DNA of 22,445 bases from contig CAZSWP010000028.1 of NCBI GenBank assembly GCA_964610875.1, positions 5,909 to 28,353 on the forward strand. The letters run 5' to 3'. The notes beneath the pieces are model-generated. The model was given only the letters and a program-made list of their open reading frames with translations, searched no databases and was not told where the DNA came from. Origin of the DNA: an uncultured archaeon. Its GTDB lineage: Archaea; Asgardarchaeota; Thorarchaeia; Thorarchaeales; Thorarchaeaceae. Every line of letters starts with the position of its first letter. Within the stretch, counting starts at the first letter, position 1. Shown here one piece after another: positions 7,926 to 15,577 of this stretch. The position numbers and the translations under genes are program-made.

Positions 7926-8498
7926 AGATGCTCACCAATCTGGGACTTTTTCAGGAGAGTTTAATTTTAGATAGCTCTTGATAGATTGTATCAGCTATGA
8001 CGCTATCTGGAGACCAACGGGTGTTTTGATACTATATCCTTTGCGAGTGCGGCAACGTATTATAATTTCAGAATAAATCTTTGAAAAGTGACATAGTAAA
8101 ATATCGAATGTTAGAAAACGTTCATATTGTCTCTAGTGTTAGTCCTTGGACATTTCTTGCCTTTTTGCTTTCAATTTCGAACGTACAACATATTTGAGAG
8201 ATATGGACAACTTATCAGACTTGTATGATTATCCATCCTTAGATCTGAAAGACTCTTCTTGAATCGATTCTTCAAACTAAATTCTATGAGGTACACCTTG
8301 CCAAATATTGTTTGACATTGAAATACGTTTCATGATTTTTACTAGGAATGCAATTCCAATTAGACTGCTAAGGAATGCTAAAAATAGGAATATAGCTAGC
8401 TTTCTTTTTATTTCATCACATCTTCTATACTAGGTAACTTTACTCTCATTCTCTTGAAGAAGCCGCCCCAAGTCAAATTACAATAAGACATCCATCAA

Positions 8499-8948
8499 TC
8501 AAGCAAATGGCTTTTCCGAATAACGCGATATGTTATCTAGGAACCACGATGGAACTTTTGCTCCATCTACCTTATCGGATGTGGGCATATATGGTTTGAT
8601 GTCAATGACGGGAGTTCCATCAAACGCATCCATGTGGTCAATCGTTATTCTATGATTTGTACTGTCTATATCCACAATCGCAACGATTGAATGACCGATG
8701 GGTGTAGGTCTTCTTGGAGAACGCGTTGCAAATACTCCTGAAGTTTTTGCTCCTTCAACAGGAGGGGTGCCTTTCAAATTATTTCTATCTTCTGGAGTGT
8801 CACGTCCGGTTATCCACCAAAGAACAATAATGTGTGAGAACTTTTCTAATTCCGTGGTCGCATCCCAGTATTCTGGCTTGATGTCGATATACGCATCTTC
8901 CTCATTCTTTCTAACATAACCCACTATTATTGCTTCTAATTTATTCAT
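8499..8948 (-). CDS. tsaA: TrmO/TsaA (YaeB) family SAM-binding tRNA methyltransferase-like protein
   Basis: LEKFSHIIVLWW, GVFATRSPRRPTPIG, DAFDGTPVIDIKPY. Confidence 0.88.
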   Translation of the reverse strand: MNKLEAIIVGYVRKNEEDAYIDIKPEYWDATTELEKFSHIIVLWWITGRDTPEDRNNLKGTPPVEGAKTSGVFATRSPRRPTPIGHSIVAIVDIDSTNHRITIDHMDAFDGTPVIDIKPYMPTSDKVDGAKVPSWFLDNISRYSEKPFA

Positions 8949-8987
8949 TTTGCTTACTCCTGATTGACATGCAACAAATCATCCAAA

Positions 8988-10721
8988 TTAAGATGCCGAG
9001 GTCATGAGCAATTTCATAATACTCATTCGCAAATCATCTTCCAGAACGAATCCTGTGAGTTGTTCTTGGGGAAGTTGGAGTGTTGGTAGAGCTGGCAAGT
9101 CTTCTTCAGTAACTTCTGAATTTGGGTCCTCAACATCGATTATTTCAACATAAGATCTACTTATGCCCATTTCATCCAAAATCAACATAAGAGATTCTAA
9201 AACAGGACCACAGAATATACAATGCTCTGCTTTATAGAAAGTCAATTTTGGAATGGATATTTCCTCTTTCCAGAGAGGTAGTGCAATGATGATTTTGCAG
9301 CCTTTCTCGGGATGTCCGTCAACACGATCTTCAATCCAAACTTTACCGCCTAGATTAGAAACATATCTATCAACAACAGTAAGACCTAATCCTCTTCCAT
9401 AAGACTCATTTTCGGATAATGCATCTCTTTTGAAAGCACCCACTTTCAAATCGTCACTCATTCCAAGCCCATAGTCAGCGAATTCTAAATGTATGAAATC
9501 ATTATCTCTGACTTTCGAAGCTGAAATTTCCATCTTTACTTTCTCAGATGGGTCGAACATTAATGAGTTGTGAATGATGTTAAAGAAAACATTCCAAAGA
9601 AAAGCATGGCCTGCAACCTCGAATTTGCCTTCAGTTATGTTCGAATTAACTTCGAGTTGCTTAAAATCAAAATCGCGGTCTGCTTCAACTATTGCTCTAT
9701 TGATGTGTGTATATAGGTCCGTCTTTCTTTTGGCAGGAGCTGAATACCTCAAAGCAAGTAACACCCTCATATTGGCAATCAAACGTGATGCTCTTCTAAT
9801 TCCCCAAGATGTTTCTGCTAATATCTCTCGATGACTTTCAGGGAGGTCTTCAACCATATTCAGATTTTCGATAGAAAACAGCGCATTATGATGAATTACA
9901 TTTAGGTCGTTAGTCATGATTTCAAGATAGAGGTTAGCACGACTGCTCTCTTCACGAAGTCTTTGTTCCGCTGCACGTCTTCTTGTGACATCAAAAGCAA
10001 GGAATGCAATCTCTGAAGGTCGTTGTGAGGAAGTGTCAAGAGCTCGTGATGAAATATTAACCCAGATTTTCTTTTCATCACTTCTTACCATTTCAATTTC
10101 AATGCCACGAATGGTCTTTCCCTGTAAAGCTTCATTTACTATATTTTGAGTTGGACTATACCCACCCTTTGTATCAGGAATGAAATCTGATAGAGGTCTC
10201 CCAAGTACTTCTTCTTTACAACATCCAAGCAAGCTTTCGCCAGACTCGTTTACATGTTGAATAACGCCGCTTCTATCTAATGTAAGATAAGCTCCCGGAG
10301 ACATTTCATGCAATATTGTATATTGGGATTTTATCTCAGTAAGTTCAGTTTCCAAAGAAATCTCTTTACTCTTATCAGAAACAGAAACAAGGATTGCATC
10401 ATCACCATCATACTCTACAAGAGTAGAATTAAACTCCACGTGGATTGTCTTACCACTCCTCGTATGCAATCTTGTATTGAATCTACTAAGATTATCACCC
10501 GAAAAAAGTGCATCAAACATTGCTTTGTCATGACGTCTCGATAATGAATCCACAATGTCGAGTAGAGGAAGGTCTAGCAAATCATCAATCTCATATTCCA
10601 ACATTTTGGCAAACGCATCACTGGCTTCTATAATATATTCATCTTGAATAATAATCATACCAGAATGAGTCACTGAAAAGATGTGCTTAAGCCAGTAAGG
10701 AGTTGATGATTCATTAGCCAT
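8988..10721 (-). CDS. PAS-PAS sensor histidine kinase-like protein with C-terminal thioredoxin-like CxxC domain
   Basis: Two PAS/PAC repeats ending DVTRRRAAE; HATPase N box (FFNIIHNS), G1 (ADYGLG), G2 (GRGLGL); H-box reads IMTNDL; C-terminal FYKAEHCIFC...IDVE...ALPTL. Confidence 0.85.
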   Translation of the reverse strand: MANESSTPYWLKHIFSVTHSGMIIIQDEYIIEASDAFAKMLEYEIDDLLDLPLLDIVDSLSRRHDKAMFDALFSGDNLSRFNTRLHTRSGKTIHVEFNSTLVEYDGDDAILVSVSDKSKEISLETELTEIKSQYTILHEMSPGAYLTLDRSGVIQHVNESGESLLGCCKEEVLGRPLSDFIPDTKGGYSPTQNIVNEALQGKTIRGIEIEMVRSDEKKIWVNISSRALDTSSQRPSEIAFLAFDVTRRRAAEQRLREESSRANLYLEIMTNDLNVIHHNALFSIENLNMVEDLPESHREILAETSWGIRRASRLIANMRVLLALRYSAPAKRKTDLYTHINRAIVEADRDFDFKQLEVNSNITEGKFEVAGHAFLWNVFFNIIHNSLMFDPSEKVKMEISASKVRDNDFIHLEFADYGLGMSDDLKVGAFKRDALSENESYGRGLGLTVVDRYVSNLGGKVWIEDRVDGHPEKGCKIIIALPLWKEEISIPKLTFYKAEHCIFCGPVLESLMLILDEMGISRSYVEIIDVEDPNSEVTEEDLPALPTLQLPQEQLTGFVLEDDLRMSIMKLLMTSAS

Positions 10722-10833
10722 TTTTAGCCCCTTTCATTACTTGCATTACACTTCTGATTATGAAATCTTGAGTTTCTTAATTGTATCTAGTATTGAAAAT
10801 AGGTGATAAATCTGTACTAATTGGCTATTGAAT

Positions 10834-10875
10834 GAAAAAGAAAAGGAAAATGAGCAACCCGATTGGAGTGCTCAT
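10834..10875 (-). terminator. Hairpin plus U-tract downstream of SSB copy 1
   Basis: Arms ATGAGCA (10850-10856) / TGCTCAT (10869-10875), followed on the minus strand by TTTCCTTTTCTTTTT. Confidence 0.6.
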
Positions 10876-10901
10876 ACTTCTAATTGGTTGTTCAGTTATG
10901 C

Positions 10902-11402
10902 CTAATAACTACGTCCGCCGCCACGTCTGTCTCTACCGCCATAACTACCGCCACGACGGTCTCTGCCACCATAGCTGCGGCCACCGCCACGACGGTCTCC
11001 ACCGCCGCCATAACTACGACGACGAGTGTCTTCATGTTCTTCCTCTGACATGTCAACTTCCATATTGACTTCTTCAATGGGCTCTTCAGCTTCGCTGAGC
11101 TCACCATATTTGCCAACATTTAATCTAAGATTACCTCTGAAGAGACCGGTGTAACCGTTCTTCAGCACGTATGTTTGATCGACTTCTACTGAATCGATGG
11201 AATCATCCCATAGTGGAACTTGTACTGTGCCAGTTGCATCACCAACTGTTGCATCTAAAACTCGATGAGTGGTGTTATCACGTCTTGATGTGACTTCACG
11301 TTCCTCACTTTTATCAATCACCTTGAAAGTTATGGTGATATTCTTCATTCTTGGCCGTAGTTCGGCAATAGTAGCCTCAATAGGCTCTCTTTCGTAACTC
11401 AT
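10902..11402 (-). CDS. ssb: Single-OB-fold single-stranded DNA-binding protein (crenarchaeal SSB/hSSB1-like) with RGG/SYGG tail, copy 1
   Basis: IAELRPRMKNITITFKV, VGDATGTVQVPLW, LKNGYTGLFRGNLRLNVG; start placed at MSYERE by comparison with its paralogue. Confidence 0.88.
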   Translation of the reverse strand: MSYEREPIEATIAELRPRMKNITITFKVIDKSEEREVTSRRDNTTHRVLDATVGDATGTVQVPLWDDSIDSVEVDQTYVLKNGYTGLFRGNLRLNVGKYGELSEAEEPIEEVNMEVDMSEEEHEDTRRRSYGGGGDRRGGGRSYGGRDRRGGSYGGRDRRGGGRSY

Positions 11403-11654
11403 AACGATTACTCTCGTGTTTGGAATTGCAGTGCGCTCAAAACTAGCAAGTACTTCAGGGAATGTGCGAAACGGGAATTTTTCCACCTACACGATCATTG
11501 AAAGCGCTTCTATGTTGGGAGCCTGCACTCCTGTGTTCAAAATATTTCCTTATTATCTTGTTCATTGCTGATAATGAACTATTTTCTATAGAGATTACTT
11601 CCAGCTTGCTAATGAAATGGTAATTGAAATACTGATTCTGTTTTAAAGAATAAG

Positions 11655-11700
11655 TTGAAAATAAAAAGTAGATTCTGGGAAGGAAATCAATTCCTTCCCA
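11655..11700 (-). terminator. Perfect 10-bp inverted repeat plus U-tract downstream of SSB copy 2
   Basis: TGGGAAGGAA (11676-11685) ATCAA TTCCTTCCCA (11691-11700); T-rich run follows on the minus strand. Confidence 0.65.
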
Positions 11701-11743
11701 TTTTCATGGATTCAAGATAAAATTCAACAATATATTGAAGATA

Positions 11744-12265
11744 TTAGTAGCTTCTGTCACGGCCACGATAGCCATCGCTACCGCCACTACGACGATCACG
11801 ACCACCATAGCTGCCGCCACCGCCACGACGGTCTCTACCGCCGTATCCACCGCCGCCACGACCACCGCCGCCATAACTACGACGACGAGTGTCTTCATGT
11901 TCTTCCTCTGACATGTCGACTTCCATATTGACTTCTTCAATGGGCTCTTCAGCCTCACTGAGTTCACCATATTTACCAATGTTCAACCGTAGATTTCCTC
12001 GAAATAGACCAGTATACCCATTTTTCAGAGTATAGGTCTGACCTACCTCAACTTCATCGATTGTGCTGTCCCAAAGAGGAACGGAAACACAACCAGTAGT
12101 ATCAGCAACTACAGCGTCTAACACACGGTGGGTCTCCCCACTTCCGCGAGATGATACCTCGCGTTCTTCACCAGTCTCCATCACTTTGAAGGAGATTACA
12201 AGATTTTTCATACGTGGCTTCAAATCAGCCACTACAGCCTCAACAGGCTCTCTGTCGTAACTCAT
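11744..12265 (-). CDS. ssb: Single-OB-fold SSB with RGG/SYGG tail, copy 2
   Basis: VADLKPRMKNLVISFKV, VADTTGCVSVPLW, LKNGYTGLFRGNLRLNIG; start at MSYDRE. Confidence 0.88.
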   Translation of the reverse strand: MSYDREPVEAVVADLKPRMKNLVISFKVMETGEEREVSSRGSGETHRVLDAVVADTTGCVSVPLWDSTIDEVEVGQTYTLKNGYTGLFRGNLRLNIGKYGELSEAEEPIEEVNMEVDMSEEEHEDTRRRSYGGGGRGGGGYGGRDRRGGGGSYGGRDRRSGGSDGYRGRDRSY

Positions 12266-12657
12266 TATGTATACTCTCACATAGAGATATGCAGGTGTTT
12301 CAATCATGCATAGTCCTCTTGCTTGATACCGTGTGGAAAAAAAAGTAACCAGTCGTGGAATCTAGTGGAGAATGTGCCTTTAATCTAATACCCTGCAAGC
12401 AATTCAGAAAATAATTACCTTATTAGCTTGTGTATTGGGTCAAATTGCATAGCAAAAAAAAAATCTTGATATCTAGAACTATGCAAGAACTTCCTCCTAC
12501 GCAATTCGCTCAAATTTTCATTATACGATATCTGAAATCCACCATTCATTCATGCGCTTCCTAGTCTGAGAGAATATCATTATTTCTTCCCTACTCCTGT
12601 TGAAATCTTCAGAGTACTAGATGTCAAGGACAAACCATCAAGAGAGTGCATTTCCAC

Positions 12658-12843
12658 AGCTGTCCCTCTAGTGAAGAGTAAGCGTCCATATCGAAGTGGC
12701 CATAACCAGAGAGATTAAAGAGATGACTTTCTCTTCATTAGTCTCACGCGAACTGATAGCTTTATCGATTGTATCTTTTATTGCATGTGCCGACTCTGGT
12801 GTTTGGATAATACCTTCAGCTCTAACAAAGAGTAATCCTGCAC
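12658..12843 (-). pseudogene. trpB2: 3' remnant of a type-2 tryptophan synthase beta (TrpB2) gene, frameshifted
   Basis: [40 protein letters not shown], then after a frameshift near 12721 [21 protein letters not shown]. This matches the TrpB2 C-terminus (EGIIPAPESAHA...ILFNLSGHGHFD); the N-terminal majority is absent. Confidence 0.85.
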
Positions 12844-12916
12844 TCCAATCCAATAGGTATACTCTTTGGTTAATGATAAAGAAAAAAAGAATTGAGGAAT
12901 TAAGTGATTTGAATTA

Positions 12917-13777
12917 CTAGCTATCTGACATAAGTAATCTATACATTTGGTCATATTGCTCCTTCATATTCAAATCATTATCAAGGTCTTCTCTGAGAGA
13001 AATATAGAAACGAGAGAACTTACCAAAGTCACTATCAAAAATTAAATCACATACTTTCTTCATAGTTTCCTGCAATTTACCAATTATCTCATTCTTGAAA
13101 ATGCTTCCTTTAAATAACTGCATATGAAGAAAAGCAGGTTGATGCAAAATAGCACCAGCAAGTATTGTTTGAACCCTGAATGTGGTACCGCTTAGTTGTT
13201 GTATTGTGTGCAAATCTTCATCTTTTATGACAGACAATAACATTAGATTGACGAAGTAAGACAATCCTATGGAAAACATAATCGCGCGATCGTGTAATGG
13301 AGCAGCTATCGAAACTATACTTGCCTCAGGGAAAATCATTGATGCCAGACTCATTTCGTGTTGTTCATTAGAAACCGGTATTAGAGCTATTCTCATCAGA
13401 TTGTAATCAGCACCTGGACCAAACAATGGATGGAGTGACAATACCTTTACTCCAGTTTGGGATATTCTCTCAACTACATCTATTACCTTCTCTTTTAAAC
13501 TAGATATTTCACAAATGATAGAATTCTGATGCAAATGAGGTGCAATTTCTTGGAGCACTCCGGAAACTACATCTGTTGGAACTGCAAGCATAATAAAATC
13601 CGAGTGCCTCACAACTTCAACATTACTTTTTACTATTCTAGCATCTTCCCCATTCATCAATGATAACAATTCGTCACTAGATGGATCACTCAGAGTCATT
13701 TCATATCCTTTTGATGCAAAGTACTTCATGAACCATTGACCCATAGAACCGTTTGCGCCAATTATCCCTACTCTCAT
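12917..13777 (-). CDS. tyrA: Prephenate/arogenate dehydrogenase (TyrA family)
   Basis: Rossmann motif VGIIGANGSMG, LAVP, EISSLK, SLHPLFGP, HDRAI. Confidence 0.9.
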   Translation of the reverse strand: MRVGIIGANGSMGQWFMKYFASKGYEMTLSDPSSDELLSLMNGEDARIVKSNVEVVRHSDFIMLAVPTDVVSGVLQEIAPHLHQNSIICEISSLKEKVIDVVERISQTGVKVLSLHPLFGPGADYNLMRIALIPVSNEQHEMSLASMIFPEASIVSIAAPLHDRAIMFSIGLSYFVNLMLLSVIKDEDLHTIQQLSGTTFRVQTILAGAILHQPAFLHMQLFKGSIFKNEIIGKLQETMKKVCDLIFDSDFGKFSRFYISLREDLDNDLNMKEQYDQMYRLLMSDS

Positions 13778-15168
13778 GATAAAACCTCTCTAAATGAATC
13801 GATAGCTAAAGCCAACTTGGACTTAGGTTGACATGCAGAAATTCTAATGTAGTCTTTATATAAATCTCCAAAACAGACTCCAGGAGTAACGCATATTCCT
13901 TTATCATAAAGAAGTTGATTGGATAACTGAAGACCATCTATATTCTTGTTCAATATCCTTGCAAATACATAGAATCCTCCATCAGGTCTGTGATATTCGA
14001 TAGGCAAATCCATAAGTTGTTCACAAATGAAATCTAATCTTCGTTCCATTATTCTAGAATAGCTCCGTGCATTTTCATCACATTTCAGAGCTTCCAAAGC
14101 CGCAAATTGGATGAATTCAGGGATACTTGTAAGACTGATACGCTGTAATTGGTTCATCCGTTCAATTGTGCTTTCAGTTGATATTGCATACCCAATTCTA
14201 AAACCAGTCATTCCAAAAGTCTTCGAGAAAGATGATACGCATACTGAATCACACTCCTCCAAATCCAAAATACTGCTAAATGGTGTGTAGCTGAAATTCG
14301 AATAAACTTCGTCACTTATTATCAGTAAGTTATTCTCAATTGCCAAAGATGAGATATCTCGTAGTACACTAGGTTTGATGACGTGACCAGTGGGATTTGC
14401 AGGAGAATTCAATATAATCATACTTGTAGTATTATTGATACTACGCGATATAGATTCGATAGTGGGGCTCCATTCTTTCTCATAAGAACTTGGTACATAA
14501 ACTGGTTTTCCACCGAGTAATTTAACACAGTTGGAGTATGCAGGATAACTTGGACTGAGAATGATCACTTCATCACCAGGTAACAATGTAGACATGATTG
14601 CCAAGAAGATTGCATAGCGTCCGCCAGGTGTAACTAGAACTTGTTTACAACTCAGATCCCTGGTATGTTTTTCTTTCAGCTTATTAGCAATACCCTTGCG
14701 TAAAATATCGATTCCTGAAGATTCAGTATATCTTGTGCGGTCATCAGCTAATGCTTTGATTACAGCTAGTTTTACTTTCGGAGGTGGGCCAAAGTCAGGT
14801 TCTCCAACTTCGAGATGGATTATTTTTGAACCAGTGTTTTCCAATCCAACAGCTTTATGGTGGATATCATACACACTGACATCCGTTTGTTGAGCAGAAA
14901 TGTCCATCTGAAGATTAACCGATTGTTGTATCAATTGATTTAGAAATCTTAACGAAAACATTCTGTCCACGCCATATTGGTCACTCATTTCACTAACGAG
15001 ATCTCTTAGATACTGCTCAACTTCCAAATTCTGGATGGGTACACCATTTTTCTTCTTTTCATACCCAATTCTCTTTGCAATTGATTGACGAATCCCAATT
15101 TGACGAACAACTTCAAGCGTTGATTCTACCATCTTTGCTCGGAGAATGGAGAGAGATAGTTCATCCAT
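13774..15168 (-). CDS. Chorismate mutase (AroQ-like) fused to class I/II PLP aminotransferase
   Basis: N-terminal LRAKM...IRQSIAKRIGYEKKKNGVPI (AroQ pattern), then HLEVGEPDF, NSPANPTG, SDEVY, SFSKTFGMTGFRIG. Start placed at ATG 15168 (GGAGG upstream) rather than 15246. Confidence 0.85.
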   Translation of the reverse strand: MDELSLSILRAKMVESTLEVVRQIGIRQSIAKRIGYEKKKNGVPIQNLEVEQYLRDLVSEMSDQYGVDRMFSLRFLNQLIQQSVNLQMDISAQQTDVSVYDIHHKAVGLENTGSKIIHLEVGEPDFGPPPKVKLAVIKALADDRTRYTESSGIDILRKGIANKLKEKHTRDLSCKQVLVTPGGRYAIFLAIMSTLLPGDEVIILSPSYPAYSNCVKLLGGKPVYVPSSYEKEWSPTIESISRSINNTTSMIILNSPANPTGHVIKPSVLRDISSLAIENNLLIISDEVYSNFSYTPFSSILDLEECDSVCVSSFSKTFGMTGFRIGYAISTESTIERMNQLQRISLTSIPEFIQFAALEALKCDENARSYSRIMERRLDFICEQLMDLPIEYHRPDGGFYVFARILNKNIDGLQLSNQLLYDKGICVTPGVCFGDLYKDYIRISACQPKSKLALAIDSFREVLS

Positions 15169-15301
15169 TCCACTGGGTCCCTCCAGGATCTCTACAAGGC
15201 GGGTAATAACCACTGAAATATACAGGATTGTTATCGCAGATTTCATTCATTATATTCCAAATTTTCTTACTTGCAAAATTGCGTCCATAGTTGAATACCA
15301 T
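15161..15301 (-). CDS. Putative second leader ORF (46 aa, aromatic-rich), overlapping the chorismate mutase start
   Basis: MVFNYGRNFASKKIWNIMNEICDNNPVYFSGYYPPCRDPGGTQWNG*; GGAG upstream; its TGA overlaps ATGGATGA of the next gene. Confidence 0.4.
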   Translation of the reverse strand: MVFNYGRNFASKKIWNIMNEICDNNPVYFSGYYPPCRDPGGTQWNG

Positions 15302-15314
15302 ATTTATCCACTCC

Positions 15315-15352
15315 AAAAAGAACACCTACGAAGACAAGAGTCATCGCGAGGT
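15315..15352 (-). terminator. Putative attenuator terminator (hairpin plus U-tract) in the leader of the CM-aminotransferase/tyrA operon
   Basis: Minus strand ACCU-C-GCGA-U-GAC-UCUU-GUC-U-UCGU-AGGU followed by GUUCUUUUU, beginning 11 nt after the leader ORF stop. Confidence 0.55.
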
Positions 15353-15363
15353 TAATTCCTGCA

Positions 15364-15444
15364 TCATAGAATGAAATAATAGAATCCACTATAGCAGGGT
15401 CTCTTCCCCTTAAACAGTGCTATAGTTTTTCTACTAATTTCCAT
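15364..15444 (-). CDS. Putative Tyr/Phe leader peptide (26 aa)
   Basis: MEISRKTIALFKGKRPCYSGFYYFIL*; ATG about 31 nt downstream of TATA-like TTATAA (15481-15476, minus strand); YSGFYYF cluster near the 3' end. Confidence 0.55.
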   Translation of the reverse strand: MEISRKTIALFKGKRPCYSGFYYFIL

Positions 15445-15451
15445 GATGAAG

Positions 15452-15545
15452 TCCTGTTTCTGCCAAGTTATTGGCTTATAACATTTATGGCTAATGATGT
15501 ACATTTATGGCTAATGATGGACAGAAACGGGGAAACCTTTATATT
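15452..15545. promoter_or_regulatory. Divergent promoter region: two TATA boxes flanking a 20-bp tandem repeat
   Basis: Minus-strand TTATAA (15481-15476); plus-strand GGAAACC-TTTATATT (BRE-TATA, 15531-15545); ACATTTATGGCTAATGATG twice (15481-15499, 15501-15519). Confidence 0.6.
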
Positions 15546-15577
15546 CCTTCAAGTTTGCGCTCAACTTGGTGAAAGCT

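Noticed and set aside
8010-8498. Hidden gene or pseudogene in the hdrC-tsaA gap
   Set aside because: AT-rich, no ORF of 60 aa or more in the track, and no protein motif recognised by eye.
10892-11979. Similar Val/Ala-rich alternative-frame ORFs (10892-11119, 11704-11979)
   Set aside because: Off-frame readings of the GGC/GGT/CGT-rich SSB tails; their similarity follows from the ssb duplication.
12445-12487. TTGCATAG/CTATGCAA inverted repeat around an A10 run
   Set aside because: Could be a leftover terminator of the trpB2 unit, but the T-run lies inside the stem and no function can be supported.
15169-15246. N-terminal extension of the CM-aminotransferase ORF from ATG 15246
   Set aside because: AroQ similarity begins at MDELSLSILR and a GGAGG SD precedes ATG 15168.
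15481-15520. Tandem repeat as a CRISPR array
   Set aside because: Only two adjacent copies, no spacers and no cas genes.
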